Origin: an uncultured Planctomycetaceae bacterium
Lineage (GTDB): Bacteria > Planctomycetota > Planctomycetia > Pirellulales > PALSA-1355
Direction: 5' to 3'
Assembly: GCA_963702015.1 (NCBI GenBank)
Contig: OY969698.1
Span: 989,672 to 1,053,671 of the forward strand
Length of the DNA: 64,000 nucleotides
Below the pieces are notes generated by a model, which worked only from the letters and a program-made list of their open reading frames with translations, was not told the DNA's origin and did no database searches. The translations under genes and the position numbers were made by a program. Shown here in pieces: positions 21,312-34,000 of this stretch (position 1 is its first letter; each line of letters opens with the position of its first letter).

Positions 21312-23074
21312 CTAGAGCGACCGAATCACCAGCAGGGCGCCGTCGGCAGTTGTGCCCACATCGCACGCGGCCTCGGAGATCGCCTGGGCAGCGACGTCGG
21401 CCAATCGCTCGGCGTCGCACGGTGACGCAGCCGCCAGCCGATCGGCCAGCAGCCGTGCCGCCGCGCCCGCCGATTGCCAGCGCTCGTCCAGTGAGCCGGC
21501 GGCATAGACCAGCAATGACTCACCGGGACCCAGGCGAGTTCGCATTTCGCTCCAGCCGGGCAATTCGGAAATGACCAAACGGTCGCTCGGATCGATCAGT
21601 CCACGGCAACCCTCCGCCGTTACGATCAGCGCGTGGACATGGCCGGCCGCTGCCAGACGAATCTCTTCGGCTGCCGCCGGCGGACGCCGCCGTGCGCTGG
21701 CCGTGCGTTTGGGAGCCGCGGGAAGCAGGCCGCAAAAGAGACTGGCGCCGTCGCTGCCGGCCGACACGCTGGTCAGCACCTCGTGGGCAGTGAGGAGCGC
21801 GCGGTCGACTTCGGTCAGGTGATCGGCTTGAGCGCGCAGGGCGCTGCGCAACTGAGCCGCGACGACGGCCCCGCCGAAGCCTGCTTCGGCAGCGGCGCCG
21901 AGCGTCAACGCCGACGCACCGTCGGCGGCGTGGAACCAATCGAAGAACGCGCCGGCAAGCTGCGAGCCGGCTTCGATGGGTGAGCTGGCAATCGCTCGGC
22001 CGGCGACCTGCCAATGGTCGAGCAGCGGCGCGATGTGGGGCAGGCTTTCGGTTTGACGCTCGGCGGCGGTGACGATTTCGCGCCGCTGCGTTTGGTTCTG
22101 CCGTGCATCGTCGAGCAGCACCTCGCGCTCGAGTTCGGCCGCCAACCGGCCCGCGACAACTTCGATGAGATTGGTCTGGTGATCGCTGAAATCGCGTGGG
22201 CTGTCGCTGAAAATCCAAAGCGTGCCGAGCGGCGTCGTGGGGCTCGATACTGGCACGCAGACCGCCGAGGCCGCGGCTTCGGGCGCGTGCCAATAGCGGA
22301 TCATGGCGGGCTCGGACAGGACGACGGCGTGGCCCAGCAGGGCTTCGAGATCGCCCAGGCCGCCAGCCAGTTCGCGAGCGGGCTCGAGCAGCTTGCGTTT
22401 GGGCAGACCCCAAACGGCGCGCAGCTTCAAACTGGTGGTGGCGGCATCGAGCAGATAGAGAGCGGCAGCCTGACAGCCGACCGCTTCGGCGCCGGCTTTG
22501 AGAATTGCCTCGAATCGCTCGGCGGTCTTTCCGGCGCTTCGCGGCGCGCGACGACGGGCACGTCGGCGGTGAGTTCGGCCTCGCGCGATTGGACTCCTTC
22601 GCGCAGGGCAACAATTTCGGCCCAGAGTTGGGTGACCGTTTCGGCCAGGGCTACCGCGTCCTCGAGTTTCGTGGCCGCCCGAATGGTCGGAGCCGCGGGT
22701 ACAAAACCGGTTCTGATGAGTCCGAGAGAAGCTCCAACGCCCGGGTCGACCGGGGCGGACCACACCAGATTCGGGTTCTGCGACCTGTCGGGACCGGGCT
22801 CGTAAAGGAGCTGCCAGCCCGTTGCTTGTTCAAAGGCTTCGCACAGTCGGACGAGCAGCACACTATCGTCGGCGCCGATCGAGGCGGTATCCGCCGCCGG
22901 ATCGACCAGACGCAAATAGTCGGGAGTCGGCTTGGTCACTCGGATCACCAACGTACGGGGGCCAAAAGAAGCGCCGACGTCGATTCCGTGACGGTTATTC
23001 CCGCCGATCTGCCACGCCGAGGCTCGTGCCTCGGGCAGCAGGGACAGGGCCGAAACATCTTGCCCGATCCGCAA
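21312..23074 (-). pseudogene. GAF-domain / SpoIIE (PP2C-type) protein phosphatase (one frame break near 22545)
   Basis: GAF-like part: FEAILKAGAEAVGCQAAALYLLDAATTSLKLRAVWGLP..LGTLWIFSDSPRDFSD. PP2C/SpoIIE-like part: ..GAFFDWFHAADGA..LFCGLL..LLVYAAGSLDE..DGALLVIRSL*. The N-terminal 180 aa are in ORF 22427..23074. Confidence 0.65.
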
Positions 23075-23370
23075 ACTCGTCCATAAGCGGCAGAGTTTTA
23101 CATCGGCACGCCGCGGCCGGTTTCTTAACGCCGGGGATCGAACATTCCGCCGGGGGGGTTCGAGATTCGGCCGGAAAGCCCTTGGCTAGCAGCTTGCAAT
23201 GCTGGTGCGGCACAATCGCTACAGGCGGGCGCAGGGCAAGCAGGGGTGCCGCCGATAAAAACGTCGGCATTCTGTCGCGGAACGCGCGATTGGTCGGCGG
23301 CTCGGGCTCGGCGGCAACTAACGGCGGCAAGACGCGATGACGCCAACACCAATGCGCCAAAGCTGCAAGG

Positions 23371-25140
23371 CTATTCCTTGATCAGGTCGCGCACGGTCAT
23401 GCCCGCGGGGATCATCGGTAGAACGTGTTCCTGATAGGGAACCTGGACGTCGAGAACAAACGGTCCGTCGTACTCGATCATTTCGGTAATGGCGTCGGCC
23501 AGCTCGGCGCACTCGCGCACGAATCGACCGCCGCAGCCAAAGCCTTTGGCGATGGTGACAAAGTCGGGATAGCGCCGCTCGGGGCCGACGCCATCGCCCA
23601 TTCCGACCGCTTCGGGATTATCGATCGGTCCGAGATAGGTGTGAGCACGATTGCCGGCGTGAAAGCGGTCTTCCCACTGGACGACCATGCCGAGGTGCTG
23701 ATTGTTGAGCAGCAGCACCTTGACCGCGATCTTTTCGCAGAAGCAGGTAGCCAGCTCCTGGATGTTCATCAAAAAGCTGCCGTCGCCATCGATGTCGACA
23801 ACCAGGCGGTCGGGATGGGCGACTTTGGCTCCCATCGCGGCCGGCAGACCGAAACCCATCGTTCCCAGGCCGGAGCTGGAGAGGAAGGTTTTGGGCTCAC
23901 GGAATTTGTAGTATTGGGCGGCCCACATTTGGTGCTGCCCGACGCCGACGCTGATCACCACGTCGCGGTCGCGCGTCAGCTTCCACAATTCCTGGATCGC
24001 CGACTGCGACAGGATGCCGGGCGCTTTTTCGTCGTAATGGAACGGATCCTGTTTCTTCCAAGCGGCGATCTGACGATGCCAATCGCCGATGTCCTCGGGC
24101 GCTTCGACCACTTTGTTCAGTTCGGCGAGCGCGAATTTGATGTCGCTGACGATCGGGATGTGGGCTTCTTTGTTCTTGTTGATTTCCGACGGATCGATAT
24201 CGATGTGGACGATCTTGCCGTGCTTGGCAAATTCCGAAACCTTGCCGGTCACGCGGTCGTCAAAACGAACGCCGAAGGCCAGCAGCAGATCGGCCTGATC
24301 GACGGCCAGGTTGGCATAGACGCTGCCGTGCATACCGAGCATGTCGAGCGAGAGCGGTTCTTCGTTGGGAAAAGCGCCCAGGCCCATCAGCGTCATGGTC
24401 ACGGGGATTTTGGTTTTGCGGACCAGCTCGTGCAGTTCCGGGCTGGCGTCGCCCATGATCACGCCGCCCCCCGCGTAAATGACCGGCCGCTTAGCACGCT
24501 TGATGGCGGCGGCAACCTGCGCGATTTGCTCGGGTCGCGCACGGCGATCTTCGACATGGTAGCCGGGCAAATTGAGCGGCGCGTCGTAGTCGGCGACGAT
24601 TTGAGCCTGCTGCACGTCCTTGGGCAGGTCGATCAGCACCGGACCGGGCCGGCCGGTGGTGGCAATGTGGAACGCTTCGCGCACGATGCGGGCCAGATCA
24701 TTGACGTCGGTCACCAGATAATGGTGCTTGGTAATGCCGCGACAGACTTCGACGATCGGCGTTTCCTGAAAGGCGTCGGAGCCGATGACCGCGGTCTTAA
24801 CCTGACCGGTGATGGCGATAAGCGGAATGCTGTCGAGCTTGGCGTCGGCGATCGCGGTGACCAGGTTCGTGGCCCCGGGCCCGCTGGTGGCGATGCAAAC
24901 GCCCGGCCTGCCGGTGCTGCGCGAATAGCCCTGGGCGGCGAAACCGCCGCCTTGCTCATGCCGCGGCAGGATCGTGCGGATGCGATCCTTGAACGTGGTG
25001 AGCGATTGGTGCAGCGGCATGCTGGCTCCGCCGGGATAGGCGAAGACGACGTCCACCCCTTGGCGAATGAGCGATTCGACCAGAATGTCCGCACCGCTTT
25101 GAACCGCGGCGCCTTGGCGGCGAGTAGTCTGCGTGGCCAC
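23371..25140 (-). CDS. ilvB: Acetolactate synthase (acetohydroxy-acid synthase) large subunit, biosynthetic type
   Basis: Intact 589-aa [100 protein letters not shown]. These are classic ThDP-enzyme AHAS blocks. Confidence 0.92.
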   Translation of the reverse strand: MATQTTRRQGAAVQSGADILVESLIRQGVDVVFAYPGGASMPLHQSLTTFKDRIRTILPRHEQGGGFAAQGYSRSTGRPGVCIATSGPGATNLVTAIADAKLDSIPLIAITGQVKTAVIGSDAFQETPIVEVCRGITKHHYLVTDVNDLARIVREAFHIATTGRPGPVLIDLPKDVQQAQIVADYDAPLNLPGYHVEDRRARPEQIAQVAAAIKRAKRPVIYAGGGVIMGDASPELHELVRKTKIPVTMTLMGLGAFPNEEPLSLDMLGMHGSVYANLAVDQADLLLAFGVRFDDRVTGKVSEFAKHGKIVHIDIDPSEINKNKEAHIPIVSDIKFALAELNKVVEAPEDIGDWHRQIAAWKKQDPFHYDEKAPGILSQSAIQELWKLTRDRDVVISVGVGQHQMWAAQYYKFREPKTFLSSSGLGTMGFGLPAAMGAKVAHPDRLVVDIDGDGSFLMNIQELATCFCEKIAVKVLLLNNQHLGMVVQWEDRFHAGNRAHTYLGPIDNPEAVGMGDGVGPERRYPDFVTIAKGFGCGGRFVRECAELADAITEMIEYDGPFVLDVQVPYQEHVLPMIPAGMTVRDLIKE

Positions 25141-25588
25141 GCGAAGCGAGCCTCCCTAAACGAGCGAGTGAACGTCGAACCCCGCTGGCTTCCCGCTACC
25201 TTTCGGCGCAAGGCAACCGCACGGCGACGGTAAGCTGCCGCGATGCAGCGTGAAAATATGACACGCGGTACGCGCGACAAACAAAAAATTCCGACTTCAA
25301 AGGCGAGCATTTTAGCATAAGTCAACGCCGCTGGCGATGCAACCGCTAGCTGCCATTACGGTTGCGTAGGGGACGCGACAAACTCGCGCAGTTGGCCGAG
25401 CTTGCCGAAAACGTGCTCCTGACGGGGCTGGACGAGAGGCCGCCCAACTAGGGACCGCCTCGGCCCGCCGGAGGTTCACCCCCCGGCCGATCGCGGCTTG
25501 CCGTGTGCGGCAGAGCCACTATATTGACCGTCTTTCTCGGAAATCGCGAACAGTTTTTCCCCATAGAACGCGGGTAAAGGTAAACAGG

Positions 25589-26847
25589 ATGGCAGATTTA
25601 ATTGCTCCTCATGGTGGTCTTTCCGAGCCGATTTGCACAACCGTGGCCGCGGGCGAAACGGCGGCATTCGAAGCCGAAGCCGCGGGTTTGACGCGCGTCC
25701 CGGTCTCCGACGCCGACCTGTCGACCGTCTATCGCTTTGGCGACGGGGCGCTCAGCCCCCTGACCGGCCCCATGGATCGGGCAACCTTCAACCGGGTGCT
25801 CGATGAATCGGTCATCGAACATGCGGGAAAACTGTACGCCTGGACGATTCCGCTCTCGCTGCCGGTAACCGCTGATTTGGCGGCCAAGCTGAAGGCTGGC
25901 CAACGGGTCGCGCTGACCAACACCGCCGGCAAAGTGGTGGCGACGCTCGACATCAGCGATGTTTTCGAATGGGACAAGCCGCGCTATCTGAAGAGCGTCT
26001 ACCTCACCGAGCGGACCGATCATCCCGGCGCCGACATGGTGCTGAAGCAAGACGCCGACAAAACGCATCTGCTTGGCGGCAAAATCCGCGTGTTGCCGCA
26101 GCCCAAGAATCCCCGCTTCGGCAAGTATGTGCTCAGCCCGCGCAAGGTTCGCAAGCTGTTGGCGGGCAAGGGCTGGAACGCCGTGGTCGCGTTTCAAACC
26201 CGCAATCCGCTCCACCGGGCGCACGAGTATGCCTTGGTCTACGGGCTGGAAACGTTGTTGCGCGAAGGGAAGAACGCCGGCGCGGCGTTGAATCCGCTGA
26301 TCGGCGAAACCAAGGGAGACGACGTCAACGCCGATGTGCGCATGCACACCTATGAAGCCCTGATCGACACCCGGGCATCGGCGAAGGGGACAGCGACGCG
26401 GCACTGTGGACCGCCCGTGGCGAGTCGGTTCCCGACCGCGTGATCCTGCTGGGCCTCGACATCAAAATGTTCTACGGCGGCCCGAAGGAGGCGATCATGC
26501 ACGGCATTTATCGCCAGAATTACGGATTCACGCACATCGTCATCGGCCGCAAGCACGCCGACGCTCCGTACCACGACGGCACGGCCATTTGGGGCGATTT
26601 CGATGCCCAGGAGATTTTCGGGAAACTCAAGGGCGATCTGCGGATCAAGCCGGTGAACGTCGGTTTTGCCGCCTACTACGATTCGGCCGGCCGGGTCGAT
26701 CTGATGGAGAAGCACAAGGACGAGAAGCCGGTCTTCATCTCGGGCAAGGACGTGCGCAAGGCCCTGGTCGAGGGCAAGACGGTCGATCCCCGCATCATGC
26801 GGGAAAGCACCTCAAAGATTCTGGCCGCCGCCATGCACGGCAAGTAA
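25589..26847 (+). pseudogene. sat: Sulfate adenylyltransferase (ATP sulfurylase) (one frame break near 26370)
   Basis: [11 protein letters not shown].., [56 protein letters not shown]. Confidence 0.85.
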
Positions 26848-26901
26848 CGGTTAATCCTATTCGCCAACCGATTGAGTGCCAGCCCGCTCTGTCGATCCTC
26901 G

Positions 26902-26946
26902 AACGCCGCTTCGTGCCCCCCGTGGCCGAGCGGCGTTTTTCTTTTG
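26902..26946 (+). terminator. Hairpin plus T-run downstream of sat; copy 1 of a repeated 45-nt element
   Basis: AACGCCGCTTCGTGCC-ccccgt-GGCCGAGCGGCGTT followed by TTTTCTTTTG. The arms are identical to the element at 33957-34000 and only the 6-nt loop differs. Confidence 0.7.
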
Positions 26947-27490
26947 CGCTAACGCATCAGCGCCCGCCAACGCGAACCATGCGCTCGGTGTAACACAATC
27001 GGTTTTGTTCTTCAATCGATTGTTCGTCTTGCGTGTGGACACGTCGAATACAGCGGGGGATTCTTGCGCGAAGCCCTAACAAAAAGGGGAAAGCGATACA
27101 TACCCAAGCGAACGCCGCGCAATCGACCCCGCTGCGCTGCGTGACGTTCGTTGCGATGTCACCTACCACAGATGCGCTCGGTGCTCAGAGATGACATGCT
27201 GTAAGAGCATAGTTATCACCGATGTCCTTTTTGTTAATTTGCTACCTAACACTTAGCGCAATTTTGAATCGCAAAGAATTCTCCGCGAATCGTTCGGTAT
27301 CAAATAGATTTTTTTTGCCGTCTTTGTACGATGGCTGGCTATCTGCGCACAGGCGGCAAGACTTTTTGGAAAAAAGTTCGGCGACATGGAGGTTCGTAGA
27401 AACGGCTGCCGGCAGATTCGTCACTGCCCGGCGTGATGAAAAATCGAAAACAGCACTGAAATCCTTCTGGCAGAAACAAGGAGATCGGAG

Positions 27491-30400
27491 ATGTTCCAGC
27501 CGTTCGCGAACCGACGAAAAAACAACCCGCCCGCCAGCAGCACATCGGGCTCTAACCGCCGCAAGAAAGATCTTTTTGGCCTGCTGGGGCGACGGCTCGT
27601 CTACGAATCGCTCGAAGACCGCCGCATGCTGACGACCGACATGTGGATCGGCGGCAGCGGCGGCGACTGGAGCGTCGGCGGCAACTGGAACAACGGCATC
27701 CCCACCAGCGCGAGCAACGTGGTGATCCCCGCCGGCGTGAGTGTCACGGTGAGCACGGGCACGCAGGCAGCTGGCACGATCACGACGGATCCGACCGACA
27801 CGCTAACGATCGACGGTGGATCGCTAACCGTGGCTGCTACTTCGGCAATCGCCGGCGATCTGAATCTGAGCAGCGGCACCCTCACTGTCAGCAGCGGTGC
27901 GACGCTCACGTTGGCCGGTGCAACCAACCAATGGTCGGGTGGGACCGTCGCCGGCTCGTTTGCCGGTTCGGGCGGCGGGACCGTGTCGCTGGCCAGCGGC
28001 ACACTCAACATCGCCTCGGCCGGCACCACCTTCGATTTTCCGACTGGAATGTTCAACTGGTCGGGCGGCACGATTCAAGGGAACGGATCCAATAGCGTGC
28101 TCACCAACAATGGCACGATCACGCTGACGGGCAGCGCCAACAAGGTGTTGTTTGATGGCCTGACGCTGAACAACAGCGGCACGATCAATGAAGACGGAAC
28201 GAGTGGCAGTAACGACTGGGAGTTCAGCACTGACGTGGTTTTGAACAACCTCTCCGGCGGTATCGTCGACATGGAGACCAGTGAGTTCATCGACAACATC
28301 AGCAGTGGAAACGAGATCAACAACGAACTCGGCGCCACGTTCGAGAATACCGGCAACGACACCGTCTCCACCGGCGCCGTGCCGTTCAATAACCAAGGGG
28401 GCATCGTGGCTGCCACGGCCGGTACCTTGAATCTCACCGCCGGCGGGACCGACACCGGTGGCACGTACAACGCGTCGACAGGCGCCACGGTCAACCTGAA
28501 CAACGGCGGCACCGCCCCCACATTGACCGGCACCTATAGTGGCAGCGGGGGCGGAACGGTCGGCTTGCCGTCGGGCACCATCGGCATCGGCACCGCCGGA
28601 GCCACGTTCAGTTTCCCCGCCGGCTTGTTTAACTGGTCCGGGGGGGTCATTCAGGGAAACGGATCCAATAGCGTGCTCACCAACACCGGTGCGATCACCC
28701 TCACGGGCGGTGTTGCGAAAGAGCTATTCGACGGCTTGACGCTGAACAATAGCGGCACGATCAATGAAGAGGGCACGAGTAACAGTAACGACTGGGAGTT
28801 CAGCACTGACGTGGTTTTGAACAACCTCTCCGGCGGTATCGTCGACATGGAGACCAGTGAGTTCATCGACAACATCAGCAGTGGAAACGAGATCAACAAC
28901 GAACTCGGCGCCACGTTCGAGAATACCGGCAACGACACCGTCTCCACCGGCGCCGTGCCGTTCAATAACCAAGGGGGCATCGTGGCCGCAACGGCGGGCA
29001 CCTTGAATCTCACTGCCGGCGGGACCGACACCGGTGGCACGTACAACGCGTCGACAGGCGCCACGGTCAACCTGAACAACGGCGGCACCGCCCCCACATT
29101 GACCGGCACCTATAGTGGCAGCGGGGGCGGAACGGTCGGCTTGCCGTCGGGCACCATCGGCATCGGCACCGCCGGAGCCACGTTCAGTTTCCCCGCCGGC
29201 TTGTTTAACTGGTCCGGGGGGGTCATTCAGGGAAACGGATCCAATAGCGTGCTCACAAACACCGGCACGATCACCCTGACCGGCGGCGGTGCCAAAGTTC
29301 TGTTCGATGGACTCACGCTGAACAATAGCGGCACGATCAATGAAGAGGGCACGAGTAACAGTAACGACTGGGAGTTCAGCGCTAGCGCCGTCTTGGACAA
29401 CCTCTCCGGCGGCATCGTCGACATGGAGACCAGTGAGTTCATCGACAACATCAGCAGTGGAAACGCCATCAACAACGAAGCCGGCGCCACGTTCGAGAAT
29501 ACCGGCAGCAACACCGTCTCCACTGGTGCCGTGCCGTTCAATAACCAAGGTGGAATCGTGTCCGCTACGGCCGGGACTTTGAATCTCACCGGCGGGGGAA
29601 CCGACACCGGTGGCACGTACAACGCATCAACGAACGCCACCGTCAATCTGAACAACGGCGGGACCGCGCCACTTTGACTGGCACCTACTCGGGCAGCGGT
29701 GGCGGAACCATTGGCTTGCCGTCCGGGACCATCGACATCGGCGCCGCCGGAGCCACGTTCAATTTCCCAACCAGCCTGTTCAATTGGTCCGGCGGCACGA
29801 TCCAAGGGGACGGAGTCGGTAATGTGCTCACAAACACGGGTACGATCACCCTGACCGGCAGCGGTGCCAAAATTCTGTTCGATGGACTCACGCTGAACAA
29901 TAGCGGCACGATCGACGAAGATGGCACAAGTGGCTCCAACGACTGGGAGTTCGACAGTACGCGCGGTTTTGGACAACCTCTCCGGCGGCATCGTCGACAT
30001 GGAGACCAGTGAGTATATCGACAACATCAGTAGTGGAAATGCGATTAACAACGAAGGCGGGGCAACGTTCGAAAATACTGGCAGCGACACCGTCTCGACC
30101 GGCCTCGTGCCGTTCAATAATCAAGGGGGCATCGTGTCCGCCACGGCCGGTACCTTGAATATCACCGGTGGGGGAACCGACACGGGTGGCACCTTCAACC
30201 CATCGACCGGCGCCACGATCAACCTGAACAATAGCGGCACCGCGCCGACATTGACCGGTACCTACAGCGGCAGCGGTGGTGGAACGGTCGGCTTGCCAGC
30301 GGGCACCATCGACATCGGTACCGCCGGAGCCACGTTCAATTTCCCGACGGGCCTTTTCAATTGGTCCGGCGGCACGATCCAAGGAAACGGAGCCGGTAAT

Positions 30401-33400
30401 GTGCTCACCAACACCGGTACGATCACGTTGACGAGCAGCGGTGCGAAGACTCTGTACGATGGTTTGATAGTGAGCAATGGTGGCGCGATCGTCGATAGTG
30501 GCACTGACGATTGGGCATTTGATGACAGCGCAGTCTTGAATAATCTCTCAGGCGGCCTGGTAAACATGGCCTCCAGCGAGTCTATCGAGAACATTAGCAG
30601 CGGAAACGCCATCAACAACGAACCCGGAGCCACGTTCGAGAATACCGGCAACGACACGATCTCCACCGGCGCCGTGCCGTTCAATAACCAGGCCGGCGCA
30701 ACCGTTCCGAGCAACCCTCGGCACGTTGAATCTCACCGGCGGGGGGACCGACACCGGCGGCACGTTCAACGCATCGACGGGCGCGACGATCAACCTGAAT
30801 ACCGGCAGCGGAACCGCGCCAACTCTGACCGGCACCTACACCGGCAGTGGTGGTGGAACGGTCGGATTGCCGTCGGACACCATCGACATCGGCGCCGGCG
30901 GAGCCACGTTCAATTTCCCTGCGGGCTTGTTCAATTGGTCCGGTGGCACGATCCAAGGCAACGGATCCAATAGCGTGCTCACAAACACCGGTACGATCAC
31001 CCTGACCGGCGGCGGTGCCAAAGTCCTTTACGACGGCCTGACTTTGAACAACAGCGGCGCCATCAACGAAGACGGCACAAGTGGCTCTAGCGACTGGGAG
31101 TTCAGCACTACGCGCGATATTGAACAATCTCTCCGCCGGAGTCGTCGATATGACGACCAGCGAATCAATCGAAAATATCAGCAGCGGAAACGCAATCAAC
31201 AACGAAGCTGGGGCCACGTTCGAGAATACCGGTCCTGGCACCTCCACCGGTGCCGTGCCGTTCAATAACCAAGCCGGCGCGACGGTCGCCGCCACGACCG
31301 GTACGTTGAATCTCACCGGCGGCGGTACCGACACCGGCGGTACGTTTAACGCGTCGACGGGGGCCACGATCAACCTGAACAACGGCGGGACCGCGCCACG
31401 CTGACCGGCACCTACATCGGCGGCGGTGGCGGAACCGTCGGCTTGCCAGCGGGCACTATCGACATTGGTACCGCCGGAGCCACGTTCAATTTCCCTGCCG
31501 GCTTGTTCAATTGGTCCGGCGGCACGATCCAAGGCAACGGATCCAATAGCGTGCTCACAAACACCGGCACGATCACCCTGACCGGCGGCGGTGCCAAAGT
31601 TCTGTTCGATGGACTCACGCTGAACAATAGCGGCACGATCGACGAAGATGGCACAAGCGGCACTAACGACTGGGAGTTCAGCACTGGCGCGGTCTTGAAC
31701 AATCTCTCTGGTGGCATCGTCGACATGACCACCAGTGAGTCGATCGAAAATATCAGCAGCGGAAACCAGATCAACAATCAGGCCGGGGCAACATTCGAGA
31801 GCACCGGCGCCACCGGCACCTCCACCGGCGCCGTGCCGGTCAGCAACCTCGGCACCGTCAGCGTCAGCCGCGGAACCCTCACCTTGGGCAGTGTCGCCCA
31901 GGTTTCCAGCGGCACACTCACCGCCGGAACGTGGAACGCCACCGGGACCGGCAAGTTGACGTTGCCCGGCGGCAATCTGACCGAAAACGAAGGCTCGATC
32001 ACACTCAGCGGCACGGGCAGTTTCCCGCAAATCGATGCGCTGAACGACAACGCCGGCAGCTTGTCGCTGCTGGGGGGCGATTCGCTCACCGTGGTCCCCA
32101 CGGGCGGCAGTCTGGCAAGTCCCGGCAGCATCACGCTCGGACCAGGCAGCACGCTGGCGGTAACGGGGACCGCGACGCTTTCCGCGCCCAGTACCCTCAA
32201 CGTCCAGGTTGGCGGAACTCCCTTGAGCGGCCAGTTCGGGCAGTTGAACGTGTCGGGCGCGGCCACGATGGCCGGCACGCTGAATGTCGCTTTGGCAGCC
32301 GGCTATAGCCCCGTGGTGGGGCAGACGTATCAGATCGTCAGTTCTCCGACGCTCAGCGGCTCCTTTTCAACCATCAACGTGCCGACCGATGCCAGCAGCA
32401 ACCCGGTCTTCAGCGTGACGACGGGCAACACCAACGTTACGCTGAATGCCCTGGTTACCGCGACGGCGGTTGTTCCTTCGGGCAACCCGGCCATCTATAC
32501 GGCCGGCGGTCCGGCCGTGACCGTTGACCCGGGAGTCACAGCGGCTTCGAGCGACCCCAACCTGACCGGGGCTACGGTGGCGATCAACAACCTGCAGACG
32601 GGCGACACGCTTCATTTCATCAACCAGAATGGCATCAGCGGCGTTTACTCGAGCGGAGTGCTCACCTTGAGCGGCACTGCAACGGTTGCCCAATACACGG
32701 CGGCTTTACAGTCGGTCACGTTCTCCTCGACCGGCACCAGCACCGTGACGCGGAACCTTTCGATCGTCGCCATCGACAACAGTGTGGACACCATTGCCGC
32801 GCCGGAGACCGTGATCGTTGACGCGCCAATTACGATCACCGCGGCCTATGTCGCGGGTTCGGCCTGGGCGTCGAGCTTCGATTCGTATCTCGCCAGCCAC
32901 ACGAATGCGGTGACGGGCCAACTCTACGGAAACGCCACGCTGGGTTATGCGCTGCAGACTGGATCGTCGGCCGCCCAGACCCAAACGCTTCCCTGGACGA
33001 ACATCAATACGATTACGGTCACATTTAGCGGGCCGGTTAGTGGCATCGGCCTGAGCTCGCTGAAGCTGAACGGCGGCTCGGGCGGTTCGACACCGACCGT
33101 GACGGGCATTGCGCAAGATTCAAGTAACACGTATTCGTGGACCCTGTCGGGCCCACTGACCAACAACCGCTATGCATTCGGCGTCGCATCGACCGGCAGC
33201 TCGTTTGGCCCGGCGGTCGTCGACTCCCGCGGTGCCGGCATCAGCGGCACGTTCGCTACGGGTCAAGCGTTCCCCTCGGGCAACGGTCTGGCTGGTTCCA
33301 CGTTCGACTTCTTCTTCGACGTTCTGCCGGGCGATACGAACCGAGACTCGCAAGACACCGCGACCGACATCAATAACATCCGTCCGCTGGCGAGCGGCAC

Positions 33401-33818
33401 GCGGACGACATCCGCTAGCTACAATCCGTACTACGACCTGCTGGGCGCCGGGATCATCAATGCCACGACGTTGAACACGGTTCGGGCCCTGACGGGTCGT
33501 TTGGAGAGCGCCAATCCGACGGCGCCTTCCGACTCGCAGGGAGTCGGGACGACGGGCTTTGTCGGTCTGGAGCTGGGCGCGCAGGAGACCGGCAGTGCGA
33601 CTTCGGTCTCCGCAGGCAGTTCGCCGGCGAGCACCGTGAGCAACGTCGAATCGGCACTGGCCTCGACAAGCACGACGTCGGTGCCGACGAACACGGCCGG
33701 CGGCAATTCGGGAGGCGCGGCAAGTTCGACGACCGGCGACCGCAATCACAGTCGCCAAAGCTTCGCTGCCGTCGACGAGGCGGTCTCCGACTTCGATCTG
33801 TCCGATCTCTATGCTTGA
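27491..33818 (+). pseudogene. Giant secreted/surface repeat protein (~2100 aa): N-terminal ..ESLEDRRML.. motif, ~7 tandem 192-aa beta-strand-rich repeats, dockerin-like C-terminus; five frame breaks
   Basis: An AAGGAG RBS precedes the ATG at 27491. ORFs 27491..29677, 29674..30012, 29921..30973, 30726..31268, 31081..31404 and 31443..33818 continue each other's repeat pattern (LTGTYSGSGGGTVGLPSGTI..FNWSGG.IQGNGSNSVLTNTG.ITLTG..LNNSGTI.E.GTS..NDWEF..). C-terminus: FDVLPGDTNRDS..DINNIRP...YNPYYDLLGAGIINATTLNTVRAL. Confidence 0.8.
27905..31850. repeat. Tandem ~576-bp coding repeats (about 6.8 units) inside the giant protein gene
   Basis: The unit anchor (TTG/CTG of ..APTLTGTY..) recurs at 28523, 29099, 29674, 30251, 30825 and 31401. 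Units 1/2 and 2/3 share long identical stretches (for example 28221-28405 equals 28797-28981). Confidence 0.85.
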
Positions 33819-33956
33819 TTAATGGATTGGAACCGCCGTCGGAACGGCTCGTCTCGGATGCCGCCCGCCGGTAGAGGCTCGCCGATAGGCGTGCCCTGGA
33901 TGGTTCCTGGATGATTGGTCGCGAGAGCGCTCTGGCTCGCCTTGCGACGCCCCGCC

Positions 33957-34000
33957 AACGCCGCTTCGTGCCACACACGGCCGAGCGGCGTTTTCTTTTG
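33957..34000 (+). terminator. Hairpin plus T-run downstream of the giant gene; copy 2 of the repeated element
   Basis: AACGCCGCTTCGTGCC-acacac-GGCCGAGCGGCGTT followed by TTTCTTTTG. Confidence 0.7.

Noticed and set aside
21520-22614. 364-aa Arg-rich minus-strand ORF overlapping the GAF/PP2C gene
   Set aside because: It is an alternative frame of a gene whose other frame shows clear GAF/SpoIIE motifs, and its composition is typical of off-frame GC-rich translation.
22995-23360. 121-aa ORF directly downstream of ilvB, a candidate ilvN small subunit
   Set aside because: The translation (MAHWCWRHRVLPPLVAAEPEPP...) has none of the ACT-domain features of IlvN. ilvB appears to lack an adjacent small-subunit gene in this window.
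23425-25233. 602-aa plus-strand ORF
   Set aside because: It is exactly antisense to the intact, highly conserved ilvB, and its translation is low-complexity (Asp/Gly/Arg/Val-rich) with no motifs.
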